DNA from: Octopus bimaculoides
Taxonomy: Eukaryota
Length of the DNA: 64,000 bases
Assembly: GCF_001194135.2 (NCBI RefSeq)
Contig: NC_068993.1
Location: 32,614,757 to 32,678,756, forward strand
Direction: 5' to 3'
Below the pieces are notes generated by a model. The model was not told where the DNA came from. It saw only the letters and a list, made by a program, of their open reading frames with translations, and ran no database searches. Shown piece after piece: positions 38,282 to 53,429 of this stretch (within the stretch, counting starts at the first letter, position 1; each line of letters begins with the position of its first letter). The translations under genes were made by a program, and so were the position numbers.

Positions 38282-39474
38282 CCAGGGAGAAAAACTAGAA
38301 GTAGTTCATAGCTTCTGTTACCTTTGATGACCAAGTTAGTAGCGAGGGTGGGTGCTCTGAAAGTGTAGCTGCTAGAATAAGAATAGCCTGGGCAAAGTTC
38401 AGAGAGCTCCTACCTTTGCTGGTGACAAAGGCCTCTCACTCAGAGTAAAAGGCAGACTGTATGAACAGCTATGCTACATGGCAATGAAACATGGGCCGTG
38501 ACTGCTGAGGATATGCGTAAGCTTGCAAGGAACGAAGCCAGTATGCTCCGATGGATGTGTAATGTCAGTGTGCATACTTGACAGAGTATAAGTGCTTTGA
38601 GAGAAAAGTTGGACCTAAGAAGCATCAGATGTGGTGTGCAAGAGAGACGACTGCGCTGGTATGGTCATGTGGTACGAATGGATGAGGATAGCTGTGTGAA
38701 AAAGTGTCACACCCTAGCTATTGACAGAAACTGTGGAAGAGGTAGACCCAGGAAGACCTGGGACAGGGTGGTGAAGCACAACCTTCGAACATTAGGCCTC
38801 ACCGAGGCAATGACTAGTGACCAAGATCTTTGGAAATATGCTGTGCTTGAGAAGACCTGGCAAGCCAAGTGAGACCATAACCTGTGGCCTATGCCAGTGG
38901 TGGAACCAGCCCACTTAGGCGTACCTTTCTTTCATTGGACACTAAACTCCGCTCGTGAAGACTTGTTGAGGCAAGTGAAATTGGAATCAAATTCGATGAC
39001 AGCACCACATGACTGGCATCCGTGCTAGTGGAGCGCTAAGAGCACCATCCAAGCGTGATCGTTGCCAGGGCCACTGACTGTCCCCCCATGCTGGTGGCAA
39101 GAAAAAAGCACCATTCAAGCACGATTATTAACAGTGTGGCCTTACTGGCACTTGTGCCGGTGGTACGCAGAAAACAACATTCGAGCAAGGGCGTTGCCAG
39201 TACCACTGGACTGGCTCCTGTGCGGGTGACACATAAAGAAACACCATTTGAGCGTGGCCATTGCCAGTACCGCCTGACTGGCCCTTGTGCTGGTGGCACG
39301 TAAAAGCACCCACTACACACACGGAGTGCTTGGCATTAGGAAGGGCATCCAGCTGTAGAAACTCTGCCAGATCAGATTGGAGCCTGGTGCAGCCATCTGG
39401 CTCACCAGTTCCCAGTCAAACTGTCCAACCCATGCCAGCATGGAAAGCAGACGTTAAACAATGATGATGATGAT
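38282..39474 (+). mobile_element. RTE-clade LINE, 5'-truncated (C-terminal ORF2 plus 3' UTR with (GAT)n tail)
   Basis: Reads SFCYL.DQVS...ARIRIAWAKFRELLPLL...RRLRWYGHV...GRGRPRKTW with a stop at 38872; the 3' UTR matches the dispersed repeat ending gttaaacgatgatgat. Confidence 0.9.
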
Positions 39475-39696
39475 CATCATCATCATATCTTGTTACAATC
39501 CACTTCAAATACAACACTTCCAGATACTCTACATTTTAAATAATAATACTCTGAAGGCAACTAATCTATAGGAATTTTCTTATATATATTTACAGTACTG
39601 ATTCTCTGTGAAGAAGTAAAATCAAGGTTCAAGGTTACTCCTTTATAGATGTCACACAACATTAAAATGAATAGAAACTGTGAAATATGAACCTAC

Positions 39697-39764
39697 CTCT
39701 GAAAATTTCTTTATACACAAGTCTAGCATTGACTTGGCTGTGAGAGTAAGTAGATGTTTATCAC
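39697..39764 (-). CDS. TAF1: TAF1 exon, bromodomain 1 helix C (GDKHLLTLTAKSMLDLCIKKFSE)
   Basis: tag|GT, GAG|gtaggt; phase 1 to 0; the acceptor abuts the (AAT)n array. Confidence 0.9.
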
Positions 39765-39767
39765 CTA

Positions 39768-40968
<1,201 letters not shown>

Positions 40969-42660
40969 TGATTCTTTATTTGCCACAGGGACAAGAAATA
41001 AGAGACATTACTAAGACAGGACACAAAAACAGTGAATTGAAAAAATAATGAGTTGAAAATGATTATATAAATATAAAATTACATAATGTATAAGAACTAA
41101 AGCAGAGAATATCACCTAGGGAAATAGGACTTCTTACAAATCACTGAAACATACTTCAACACTAAGGCCAGTGTCTTCTCCCTGCTAGGAAATTACAAAA
41201 AGGAAATTGAGATTGGAACTCTCCAGCAACACAAGCCTCAGCACTCGTTCCTTTATTTCAGGATATTTTTCTGCAGATCAGCCATCTCTCCTGTACTCTT
41301 ATCACATTATTAAAGTAAAGCTGTTAAACAAGTTGATGAAGAGTTGACTGAAGAGGAAAGTGTTTGTCTTCAGTTTAAGTAATCCTTTTTTTTTTTTTTA
41401 CCACAGCCATCAGACAGTAGTAAACAACTACCTACCTTTCTTTACTAAAAGAATCTTTACAATGGACTCAAGTGATCTGTCCTTCCCCATTCCCAATGAC
41501 AGGGTTTGACACAACCCCGCAAGTCAGTAATGTTCAGACATTGACAGAATAGTTCTGTCACTTTACACACATCTTAAGTAGGCACAACTGTTGGCACTGC
41601 CATACCCATAGAGTTTTATCTTCTCTACAGTCCATCAAAGATGAAAATATGGCTTAGTTACCATGTTGCATCTCTATCACCCAGGTCAATTCAACAATTT
41701 CATTCCCTCAGGTCTAAATGCTTATGCCTTAACTTGGACGATGCAACCTTCACATTTTGTACCAAAGAACTCGTCAAGGCACATTCTCACTACTTGCACA
41801 TTATAAGCAATACTTTTCCTAATAACCTCTTCATGCCATACTAGCTCATTTTTCCAATCTATTATTTACTAGTTGTAGATCCCTCATAAAACTAATAAAT
41901 TCTGTCCTAATTTTCATTTTCAATATGTTGATAACTGCTTCTATCAGTTTCTGCTTAACCAGCTTGCTAACCTGATCTCTACAGAGGGAGTGATACATTC
42001 ACCTTCCGATAACCAGATCCCTGTCTCAATAATCTATGATTACTGTAGATAGTCACAAACTGTGTAGCTCTGATTTGTCCTTATCCACTAAACACAACCT
42101 GGAACAGCCAATGTGATTTGAACAAATCCACACTGTTACATTTAGGAAATATATTCAGTCAGTCAGACATATGAAAATGCCTAAGCAGAGTTGAGAAGCT
42201 TTTATATTAACCATTTTTATCAGCTACTTTCACATAATCCCAGTATGCATCTACAATACCATTCCAATCACACATTGACACAAATGTATAAGATGTTCCT
42301 ATGAAGTTTTGCTGCCCAGCCTTCTTCAGGCATCAGAGTATAAACAGCCACAACCCACAAAATATTGCTTTTACTGCCCAAAAAAATGTCTGAACCACCA
42401 ACCTGCTATGCACATGTAAGAAGATCACCTTTACCTGGAGATTTAGACCTTTCAAAAACAAAACAATTACTCCATTTGATCTGGTTCGATTCCATAAGGC
42501 ACAAACCTCACAATTATCCAGAAAGAGTGCAAGACTACAAATGGCTAAGAAACTCTGGTCTCACTAACAGCTATTACATTTAAGTTTAGTGACCTGAAGG
42601 CATTGAGCAGGTGACCCTGCATCCAGACACCCACATGGTCAGGTGCATTCCTACATCTTA
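40969..42660 (-). mobile_element. Degenerate Tx1/L1-like LINE (APE domain and C-terminal region; RT not seen)
   Basis: Minus strand reads LNVIAVSETR, GVIVLF.KGL, VVAVY, DWNGIVD, QGSGY.K.N.SL, then a decayed C-terminal Cys-rich segment; AATAAA (40975-40980) followed by an (ATT)n tail. Confidence 0.7.
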
Positions 42661-42682
42661 CTTTCAACAAAGTATAAGAGAG

Positions 42683-42726
42683 GGGGGGAGAGAGAGACAG
42701 ACAGAGACAGACAGAGAGAGACAGAC

Positions 42727-42773
<47 letters not shown>

Positions 42774-42829
42774 GACAGAGAGAGAGAGACAGACAGAGAC
42801 AGAGAGAGACAGACAGACAGAGACAGAGA

Positions 42830-42902
<73 letters not shown>
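42683..42902. repeat. Compound (GA)n/(GACA)n microsatellite
   Basis: Direct inspection. Confidence 0.95.
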
Positions 42903-42903
<1 letters not shown>

Positions 42904-43353
42904 TCGACAGCTACATTACTAATGAGTTTAATAGTGAAGGGTTAATTCAAAATAGAGATCAAATTGTTAATATTCCAGTTAATAAAAGAAGGATATAATT
43001 ATTGAAGGTGAATATCAATGAAGAACTGATTGGTGCCAATAACAAACAACAGAATTGTTCTCGTCTAAACTACTAGGACTGAGTTTAAAGTTCAAATCTA
43101 CCATGAATTTCAATTTAAGCTTCATTTTATATTGAAGTTAAATTTTTTTTTCCAATCTCACCACCCAACCAATATCACAATAACCACAACCATCACCATG
43201 ACCACCACTACCATCCTACACCTACCGATCTGATATCAGTTTAAGAATCCCAAATTGCTGTTCCTGAACAAATAACATTTATATTTAGCAGTTACTGCAG
43301 TCAAAACATTTGCTGAATAAACAGACTCTCTATATTTACCACAGCAAACTTAC

Positions 43354-43438
43354 CATTATACATTTTACTGTTGATTGACATTTGATTAACATCAGTTAAG
43401 AATTCTTCGCGAGAAGTATATTTCTTTCTCCGAACATT
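43354..43438 (-). CDS. TAF1: TAF1 exon, bromodomain 1 (NVRRKKYTSREEFLTDVNQMSINSKMYNG)
   Basis: cag|AAT, G|gtaagt; conserved YN. Confidence 0.94.
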
Positions 43439-45647
43439 CTGGAACAAGATTACAACAAAACAGATATTTAAAGTTGATCATATAAGTTTATAATAAAAGT
43501 AAAAGACAATGTAAGTTAGTCCTTACCAATAATATTTAAAATTTTATAAATACTATAATTTATAAATACTACCTTCTTATGAGGAAAGAACAACAAAAAC
43601 TAATATCTTGGATGAACTGTAAGGATTCTTTAGATTAAAATAACATTATTGTCACAGAACTATCAACATTTGATAACATGCAAGCATGACTGATTGGTTA
43701 AGATGTTACTTCCTAAATATGCATGTGGTTTCGGGTTCAGTCCCACTGCACCCCACGTTGGGCAAGCGCCTTCTAATAAAGTCAGCCAAAACCTTGTGAG
43801 AGGAAATGGTAGATGGAAACTGAAAAAAACCTGTTATATACATAAGTGTGTGTGTGTGTCCCTGTTTGCCTTCACAACACATGATTATAAATGAGTGTCA
43901 TTCATTTCCAATCTTCTGTAAAAAAACATCTCTGACCATGGGGAAATACTATTTGCTTGGAAACAGTGAGAGTTGGCAACAGTAAGGCCATCATGCCAGA
44001 GAAAATCTACCTCGATGAATTCTGTGTCAGCCATGCAAGCATGGTAAAGTGGATATTAAAATGATGATGACTTATCAACATTTGAATAATTTACAAACAC
44101 ACACTTACACACAAATTGCTTAAGATTGTAAGATGTGATTTTCAGGAAGATTTAGCTGCTATTTCCAACAGGCTGAGTAACTATTATTGTTGTTGTCTCA
44201 CTATAGTCAGCCTCAGTCAAGCACTCTGCCATGACCATCCTGTCTTTTGTTTTAAACAGTGTACATCACAGAACACATTATCTAACGTATTATTCCAATT
44301 TTAAGTCAGTAGGATATAATTTGATGGACATTTGGTTTCTATTTCTGGCAGGCTGAATAACCATGTGGTGGACCCTGAATGTTGTTGGTATTGATCTTGT
44401 TATAAAATAATCTCAAATGAGTTTGATCAGTGTTGTTAATATCCAACTATTTTGGATCAATACAAATCTCACACATACCAAGACATATCCCCAACACTGA
44501 ACCAATCTCATTTTGTCCCATCACACTATCTACTCTCTATAGCAGATATTACATCATTTCCAGCCAAAATAACTCAACATTTTTATTTAGGAGAAGGATT
44601 CACTTTCCATTTCTCTTTTGATTCTGTTTTGCTACTATTTCATATTCCTAAGGCAACAAACTGACAAATCATTAGCAAGTCAGGCAAAAAAGCTTAGCAG
44701 CATTTTGTCCATCATTACACTCTAGTTCAAATTCTGCTGAGGTGGATGTTGCTTCCATCCTTTCAGAGTTGATAAAGTAAGTACCAGTTGAGTACTGGGG
44801 TCAATTTAATTGACTCGGCCCCTCTCCCAAAACTGCTGGCCTTGTGCCAAAATTTGAAACCAATATTTCATATTCTTTTTATTACAAGTATTTCAATTCA
44901 ATTTCTTTCCAGCATTTCAAGTTCATTTTACTATGATATTTTCAGTTAGTATGGTTTTATCAAATTTAGGCATTTGTATATCTGTTCAAATAATTGTTTT
45001 TTACAAGGTGCCCTTCCACCTACCATGACTCATTCAACTATAAAGTAAGAGGTGGGAAGTTTTAATACCTCCACATAGCTTTATGAACCAATACTTAGTT
45101 CCAATTTCATTAAACTAAACATCTCCTGGATAATCTATCACAGGAAGCATTCCCTGATGATCTGGTGCCTTTTTCCTTGAGAATAAGGTGAAGTGAGGTA
45201 ATGTGGAATAGGTATCCTGCCAAAAGACACAAATAAAAATAGCTGATATGAACTTAAGAACTAGGAGCTGATGATTTCTGCAACTCTAATCATTCAATCA
45301 TTTCATCTCTAGATGCAATAAAGAGTCACACCCATTTCTCAACCAAACTCACTGAGCCAAGCAGCATTCTATGTTGAACCAGAAACACAATATCTACTGT
45401 ACTTATAATACTTTTTAAACCAAGCAACATAAATATTGCCAATTGTCAAGAATTTCCAGGTCACAATAACTCCATTTCATAAATAAATATGAAATGTTTC
45501 TAAGCTGGGAACTGAAACTATGTCTGCTGGATGAAAGCCAACAACACTAACCACCAGTCCACAAGCAAATGAGACTATATAAAGAAAAAGCAAGATTTCT
45601 TATATAAAGACATCAGTGAAAATGAAATGTTTAAAACAATTTCTAAC

Positions 45648-45740
45648 CTCTCTTAAAGTCTGAAGATCCATAGGGTCTTTCACAATGTCATAATAGTCAG
45701 TCACTTTTTTAGGATTGACAGGGAATAGAAATTGTTGCGT
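45648..45740 (-). CDS. TAF1: TAF1 exon, bromodomain 1 ZA loop (TQQFLFPVNPKKVTDYYDIVKDPMDLQTLRE)
   Basis: cag|ACG, GAG|gttaga; bromodomain consensus PV-DYY-PMDL. Confidence 0.95.
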
Positions 45741-45804
45741 CTGTAAATAGAAAACATTAAAATAATGACAAAAATATGAACACTCACTTTATACAGTATT
45801 AATA

Positions 45805-45854
<50 letters not shown>

Positions 45855-46635
45855 ACAAACACACATTTATATATATCTATAAGCACCAATGTCATTTGTC
45901 TTGAAATGTTACCATCTCATAACTAATCTTAAATTTCTTAGAAAAATCCCAACCTCTACCCAGAATGACGTGAGAATAAAATATACTCGGTTCAAGGTGC
46001 CCTTGGAGTAATACAGATTCAAGAGAGTGTGAAAGACTGCTGGTTTTCCCTGTACCTCACACGAATACATTCTCTTTGTATCACATGCACACACACACAC
46101 ACACACACACACTTATCTCTCTTAGATACTGCAGTAGTTTAAAATTCACATTTAAAAATCACATTTTTGAAAAGTTGGTATGCAACTTTCAATATCATGG
46201 AAGGTATAATATAGATGCAGCACAGAATTTTGTCAGTGAACAGGTCGCGGTCTCAAAGCGACGAAAATATTTTGGCAAATTAAATTTAAATGTTGAAGTG
46301 AATCTAACGTTTTTTGTGTGTTTCTTAAATGTCTTATAAATACCTTCCATGCTGCAATTGTTTTCGTTCCAGCACACAATCTCAGATCAGGTCGCTTGCC
46401 ATGCAAGTACATCTCCAGAATATAATTTATTTTCTAAATACTTTGCATTTAAATTTGTATAAAATATTATACCATGTAACTTACACTCGAGATACAATTC
46501 CCGCTTTCAAATAACTTCATTTGGTATCACATGTCTTCAGCAAGAAGGATGGTTGCCAAATTCCAACATTCAGGGGCAGATTTAACAATTTTTCTTTTCC
46601 TTTTATCTTAAATAAGTGTTTCACCATATCAAAAC

Positions 46636-46970
46636 ATCAGTTACCTGTATATCTTTAAAATCACAGTTGCCAGTATATCTGTGTTCATATCACAGTGACC
46701 AGTATATCTGTGAAAATATCAGTTACCTGTATACCTGTGTTTATATCACAGTTACCAGTATATCTGTAAATATCAGTTACCAGTATATCTGTTTAAATAT
46801 CACAGTTGCCAGTATATCAGTGTTCATATCACAGTGACCAGGATATCTGTGAAAATATAAGTTACCTGTATACCTGTGTTTATATCACAGTTACCAGTAT
46901 ATCTGTGTTTATATCACAGTTACCAGTATATTTGTGTTAATATCACAGTTACCATTACATCTGTGTTAAT
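46636..46970. repeat. Minisatellite, ~27-29-bp unit (cacagttaccagtatatctgtgtttatat), about 12 copies with higher-order structure
   Basis: Direct inspection; the same sequence of unit variants recurs with ~139-bp periodicity. Confidence 0.9.
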
Positions 46971-47028
46971 TAGTCATAAGATACACCAAAAAAACAAATG
47001 AAATAAAACCACATCTAAGGGGACTTAC

Positions 47029-47127
47029 ATTAGGGAGATCCCTCATTTCATTTAATATTGATTCAAAGATGGAGGAGAGAGTAACCAAGGGATCTGTTCG
47101 GCGTCGATTCGAAGACTGTTTGGGTTT
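47029..47127 (-). CDS. TAF1: TAF1 exon, start of bromodomain 1 ([33 protein letters not shown])
   Basis: tag|AAA, AAT|gtaagt; RRRTDP motif. Confidence 0.95.
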
Positions 47128-48018
47128 CTACAAAACAAAAGAAACATGAAAGGCATCGAACATTAGATTATTGATTTGGTTTGCAGGTGAACCAGAAACA
47201 GTTCAGCTGTGGACAATGAGGTTTTGTAGTGTTTAGTTACATCCCTTAATGTTCTAAGTTAAAATTGCTGAAGTTAATTTTTTGTTTTTCTAGGATCAAT
47301 AAAAGAAGTACAAAGCATTCACTGAAGGTTTAATTCAACTGGCCCCACAGTCCTTCCATAAGATTTTCTGACTTTATGGCCAAAATACAAAATCATTTTC
47401 ATTATCCCTGTTACAACAATGGATTACAGAATTGGTAAATTATCAGAGAAAAAATGTCTTGTAGCATTTACTGATGCTTGTTTAAAGTCTCAGTTCAAAT
47501 TGCACTAAAATGAACTTTGCCCTTCACAGTTAGTAAATTCTAATTATCTGTAACTGCCTCCAAAATTTGTGATCTTTTATTTATAAGTGAAATCATTATT
47601 ATCAGCAGTGCAGCATGCTGATAGAATCATTGAAGCACCTGACAAAATGCCTAAGAGTATTTCATCCAGCTCTTTATATTCTGAGTTCAACCCCAGCCAA
47701 GGCCAACTTTGTCTTTCATCCTTCCAGGGTCAATGAAATAAAGTACCAGTCAAGTACTGAGATCAAAAGTATAGACCAGCCCCTCTCCTCAAAGTTGCTG
47801 ACCTTCTATCAATATTGATTTCAAAATCTGGCCTAAGGCCTTCTATCTAAATTGGAAATTATTTTTATTAACATTGTATATCACCAAAGACTGACTCTTT
47901 GAATTCACTTCCAATCAGAAACGTCTATTAAATCATAATTTAATTGTAGTTTGACTATGTACACAGGCAAGAGTCGTGAACTGTCTCAAGAAATTAAATT
48001 AAATTTTAAAAAGTAATC

Positions 48019-48488
<470 letters not shown>

Positions 48489-49220
48489 TAACCAAATGGC
48501 AAATAATTAACCTTTCAAATCAGTTGAGCAACAAATTTGTTCCTCTAGATTCTGAATTCATATTCTTCCAACTTAGGTTTGTTTACTCTTCCCTCACCCC
48601 ACCCCTACGACATGATAGGCACCAAAAGATATGTGGAAAGAATGATTCATTCAGTTCTTTTTCCTTCTTCATATCTGTGGCCTTGTGGGAAAGGTAAGTA
48701 AACAATAATTAATCTTATTCCATACCGAAGGACTTGATAAGACCAGCTTCTAACCCTGGGTGTCTGTAGTACTTTAACTGGAGAAGAAATAAATTTCCTC
48801 TTGGATGGAATGCAAGTCCATTGCAGCCAACTCTTATTAAAAGACCTGATTTCTATCTACAACTTGCACCAATGTAACGAACCATTAATGAAGGCAGTGA
48901 AGAAACCTCGCTTTGTTTAATCAAGGCAGAGTTGAATTGGATGACAACAACAACAACATATAATTATAAGCCAACAAAGGAGCCTCTACATGGTCAATCC
49001 AAATGCTACAAATAGCAGCCAAATCATCTGTAAATTACTCGCTATTATCTAACAAAAAGAAGAACACTTTGGATGATATAATCCTAGATACTCCTAAAAG
49101 ACTTTAATCAAAGTTATCCTGGAACTAAACAATAACATGGTTAATTAGCAACCCGTGTGTAGTTAGTCAGGTCATATTTATAAAAAAAGTAGGAGAAAAG
49201 GATGCAATAAAGAGCCTTAC

Positions 49221-49329
49221 CTTGAGGTAATCACAGTGAACCACACTTCCTGTACGGCGTTTCTTCTTTGTTTCCACAGCTTGCTTTGGAAATTTGAGCA
49301 ACAGAGATTTCCGGCGCATTTGATCAGCA
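49221..49329 (-). CDS. TAF1: TAF1 exon ([36 protein letters not shown])
   Basis: cag|T, AAG|gtaagg; [11 protein letters not shown] and HCDYL motifs. Confidence 0.95.
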
Positions 49330-49677
49330 CTGAAATAGTGAAAAAGAAAATATGAAAGTAAACTCTTGTCTACGATTGATAGAAGTACTTATTAATTAGA
49401 ATAATCTCCTTAGTCCCTAAATTACCAATATTCTTTCTTTCAATTTCCAATGTGGTTATTTTGAGAATAACCATAACAATCTGGTAATGGCATCTCTCCA
49501 GATGTTTTTTAACAGAAAACGATCATCACTCTCAACTCTTAAAAAAATGGAGGCTAGAATACTGAGATCACATAGTAAGAGCACAAGATGTATAAAGTCT
49601 ATTTCTAGAAGGAGAGATAAATGACAAACATTTGAGAAGAAGACCAAAGTTTAATTGGTTTTAATAACATCAAGGAT

Positions 49678-49825
49678 TAAAGCGGTGAGCCAGTAGAATC
49701 ATAAGCATGTCAGGCAAAATGCTTAGCAGCATTTCATCCTTCTTTACATTCTGAGTTCAAATTCCATCAAGGTCGACTTTCCCTTTCATCTTTTCAGGGT
49801 CAATAAAATAAGTACCAGTTGATTA
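49678..49825 (+). mobile_element. tRNA-derived SINE, family B
   Basis: gcggtgagccagtagaatc head; B-box gagttcaaattcc at 49753. Other plus copies at ~44685-44865, 47610-47815, 51315-51495, 51520-51680, 55680-55810. Confidence 0.7.
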
Positions 49826-50364
49826 CGGGTGGGGGCAGGTTTCTGAAACATGGGTATTAAACAGAAGCACTGATTGCAAATTACACATCTTCATTACAGA
49901 ACTCCTTCACTTCTATCTAAGTTACTTCAGCAACAGGTGTTATTATCTACTTTCAAGGAGCCCTTTATGTATTTGAAAATATACATTTCATGACTTCTCT
50001 AACCACTAAGTACTCAAACATATGCAACATGCAAAGACTTTCTCAATCAGCCTGCCTCTTGTGCACCCTATTTTATACTGGGTGCATCATACTGAATTCC
50101 TACCTATTCCTTTTCTATACACTGACTATAGGCATGATCAGTATACAGGAAACGAATGGTATAAAACTTTCTGTTAAAGATTATATTGGCTAGATATGAA
50201 GCCCTAGACAGACATATTCTCTAGAAAGGTGTTAAGCAACTCAATAATTATTGAAAACTAGACACAATAGTAAAAAAAAAAAACAGTATTCTATAAAAAC
50301 TTGCAGGAATATAAAACCATACTGAAACATGGTGGAAATTACACTGCAAACCTACTGAAGTGGA

Positions 50365-50600
50365 CATTAATTTTGGATACTGCTTCTAATTAAAACACTA
50401 ATTATAACAGTCAATTATTGACATTATTTCTAATTAAGACAGTAATTGCAACAATTAAATCTAGATGCTGTATTTAATTAAAACAGTGATTAGAAAATGC
50501 TAATTATGGATGCTATTTTTAATTAAGATACTAATTATAACAGTTAAATCTGGATACTTCTTCTAATTATGACTCATAATAAACAGTTAATTATGGATAC
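50365..50600. repeat. Degenerate AT-rich minisatellite (~40-45-bp unit)
   Basis: Recurrent ggatact..ttctaatta..acactaattataacag motifs. Confidence 0.6.
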
Positions 50601-50604
50601 TCAC

Positions 50605-50810
50605 TGCTCAACAAGATTCTTTGAGATGACGATCTTTGTCCCTTCTACATTAATAAGATCGTGGTCAGAAAGTAGGTTCTTTTCTTCTTCTTCTTCCTGT
50701 TCTTCAGTCATAGCAACCTGTACAGGGGCTGAGGGCCCAACTTTTTGATACAGGGGGCATTCTTTGTTTGTACGCATATGACCAATCTGACCACAAGCAC
50801 CACATTTTAA
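50605..50810 (-). CDS. TAF1: TAF1 exon, zinc knuckle ([21 protein letters not shown]...[15 protein letters not shown])
   Basis: tag|TTA, CA|gtgagt; CCHC knuckle typical of TAF1. Confidence 0.96.
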
Positions 50811-51977
50811 CTAAAATAAAAAGCAAATATAGTAAGCATATATAGAAGATATGTAGTACCTGGCCAAAGATCATTTTCTGTAATATAGGATGACACGAGT
50901 ATCCAACTACTCCAATAATTCTGAATTTGAAAAAGTTTAAAGACCTGCAAAAGGGTCAGAAGGACCAAATTTTCAGATGTGGAGAAAGGTGGGTGCACAT
51001 TTCAGGTTTACACAAATATATAATTAATTTATTTACAAGCAGTGGATTTTCATTAAAATAATAAATACAGAAATTATTTGGTGGGTAAGATGGAGAGAAT
51101 TATTAAACACTAATAATAAAAGACTTGTATAAGGAAGGGACAACTGAGAAGTTATTTAAAACAAACTTCTATAACTGAAATCTATAAATCAAGAAAGGAA
51201 AAGGTATCCATTTCTTTCAACAGTCCTGTATTTACCAAAAGCAAACTAACATATGTAAACTAACATAATGCAAACTAATATAAAGAAATCATTTGTTAAT
51301 ATTTTTGAGGATAACAGGCAAAATGCTTAGTGGCATTTTGTCCATTTTCACATTTTGAATTCAAATTCTGCTGAAGCTGACTCTGCCTTTTGTCCTTTCA
51401 GGGTCAATAAAATAAGTTAAAGACTGGTGTTGGTGTCATCAACATACCAACTCCCCAAAAATTGTTGGACTTGTGCCAAAATTTGAAATCAATATTTTGA
51501 GGGTGGTGCCATTTGAGCATCAGGCAACCTTAGAGTATCTAGTAACATCCCTTTATGTTGTAAGTTCAAATCTCACCTAAGTCGACTTTAACTTTCATTT
51601 TTCTGAGTTCAATAAAATATAGTGTTTGTTAATTACTGACATTGATTTAATTAACTATAATCATCCCACCAAACCGGTGGCCTTATTAGAACTAAGGCCA
51701 CCAGTTTGGGGTGAATGAAAGTTTCTACTTAATCAAATCAACCTCAGTATTTTATCAGCCCCAGATGGATGAAAGACAACTTGACGCTAGAAATTTAGAA
51801 ATAATTATTTTGAAATAAGCTAATACCAGTCCCTGGTTAGAAGATTAATATGAAGTAACCCTTAGATAGCGCTATCACCTAGTTGAAATGGTTAATTAGA
51901 TGGGGTTGCCCTGTAGACAATTTCCCTCCTACCCTATGACGAGTCCCTATTTAACAATTTACCTATAATTTACCTAC

Positions 51978-52074
51978 CTTTAGTAGAGGAGTCTCTTTCT
52001 TTTTCTTTTTCTTAATTGGTGCAACTTTTTCTTTCTCTTGGTTACGCTTAATTCTTCGCAATTGTTCTTGTATT
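51978..52074 (-). CDS. TAF1: TAF1 exon (IQEQLRRIKRNQEKEKVAPIKKKKKKETPLLK)
   Basis: cag|A, AAG|gtaggt; IQEQLRRIKRNQEKE motif followed by a basic, NLS-like run. Confidence 0.95.
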
Positions 52075-52344
52075 CTGCAAAACAAATGAACAGCGGAAAA
52101 CATGATAAATAAACATTTTATAAATAGGTAACAGATTAGTAATAATAAATTCCTTGGCTGTCATCCATCTTCCTCTACATATTATACAATAAATATGTTA
52201 CTAGACACAATAAAAAGCTGTATGATGAATACATGAAAAATATAAACCAGTTAAACTGTTTAATGTGTTTAGCTGTAAAAAGTAAATAGTGCTGACAAAA
52301 CCATTTATCTATACTATAAATTGCAGTGTTCTTGATTGCTTGAT

Positions 52345-53054
52345 TGATTGATTGATTGATTGAGTGTCGGCAGATTCACTCGAGAACGGTGCAGTGGAAT
52401 CGCGTGAAATTCAGCACAGAGCGGCAGCATGGTCCGCTCATGTTCAGGAGATTTTTATTGCCCTCCAACTCCCATGGTTACCGAGATAATCGATTATTAC
52501 TTTTTAAGATAGGAATATCCCATTCAATTTTACGAAAAACCAGCACAATAAAGATTATTTTTTTCCAAGTAATGTGGCTGGGTTTGTTTTTCGAAAATTT
52601 TAATCAGAGGCACAGAAAAAAAATAATTTCAATTTTTTGTGCATTAAAAAAAAAAAGCTATAGCTTACGCTCTTTCTAATTACTATGTTTTTTTTTACTT
52701 CAGTTACAAATGTCTTCAAACGTCGACATTCAAACAGCTTTTCCATATTGAGACAAACGGACTCTACACAATTGTATCCATCCAGGAACGCGTTTTCAGT
52801 AATTGAAATTCACAATTCTAATCAGTGTACATGAATGTCCAACCTATGATTGATCTTGAACAGTTTCGATTAACATTCTTGTGTCGCCAATACAACAACC
52901 GCGCTACCATATATTTTTCTTTTAAGGTGAGGTTATACCATAAATAAGGTTCCATGACTACATGGGGCTATGGGTACACACATGAAGTTAGTTTTACAAT
53001 ATCGACCCGCAAAATCCACCACACTGCCTGAGTGAAACCGGGAAAAACAGCTAG
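52345..53054 (+). mobile_element. Possible non-autonomous Helitron (3' terminus)
   Basis: Decayed GC-rich hairpin cctgagtgaaaccggg about 10 nt before CTAG|T (53051-53055); CpG-richer than the flanks; the 5' end is uncertain. Confidence 0.4.
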
Positions 53055-53188
53055 TAAGATATATATATATATATGCTTTCAGTGCGAATGGTTTTGTTAT
53101 ATGGCGCCGTGTTTTACAATCCTATCAATAATAATAATGGTATTTATATAAGCTCAAAGCTTATGGCAATCACCGTGCAATTACTAAG

Positions 53189-53241
<53 letters not shown>

Positions 53242-53369
53242 GATTACATATATGTGTGTGTGTGTGTGCATAGATATATTTATATTGTGTGTGCAGGTGT
53301 ACGTGTGTATGTGTGCATGTGTGAAGTTGTGATGAATTTTAATCGAAGCAGGGAAAGTAAACAACCGAC

Positions 53370-53429
53370 CTTCTTCGTTCTTTCTTCATCTCTTCCTTCA
53401 CCTGATCATCAAGGGTAGCAAATTGCTTA
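53370..53429 (-). CDS. TAF1: TAF1 exon (KQFATLDDQVKEEMKKERRR)
   Basis: cag|T, AG|gtcggt; 60 nt, phase 2-2. Confidence 0.93.

Noticed and set aside
42611-42945. (RE)n/(RQ)n dipeptide ORFs
   Set aside because: Translation of the GA/GACA microsatellite.
46636-46970. Regularly spaced ~28-bp repeats resembling a CRISPR array
   Set aside because: Units are contiguous with no unique spacers, there are no cas genes, and the context is a eukaryotic intron.
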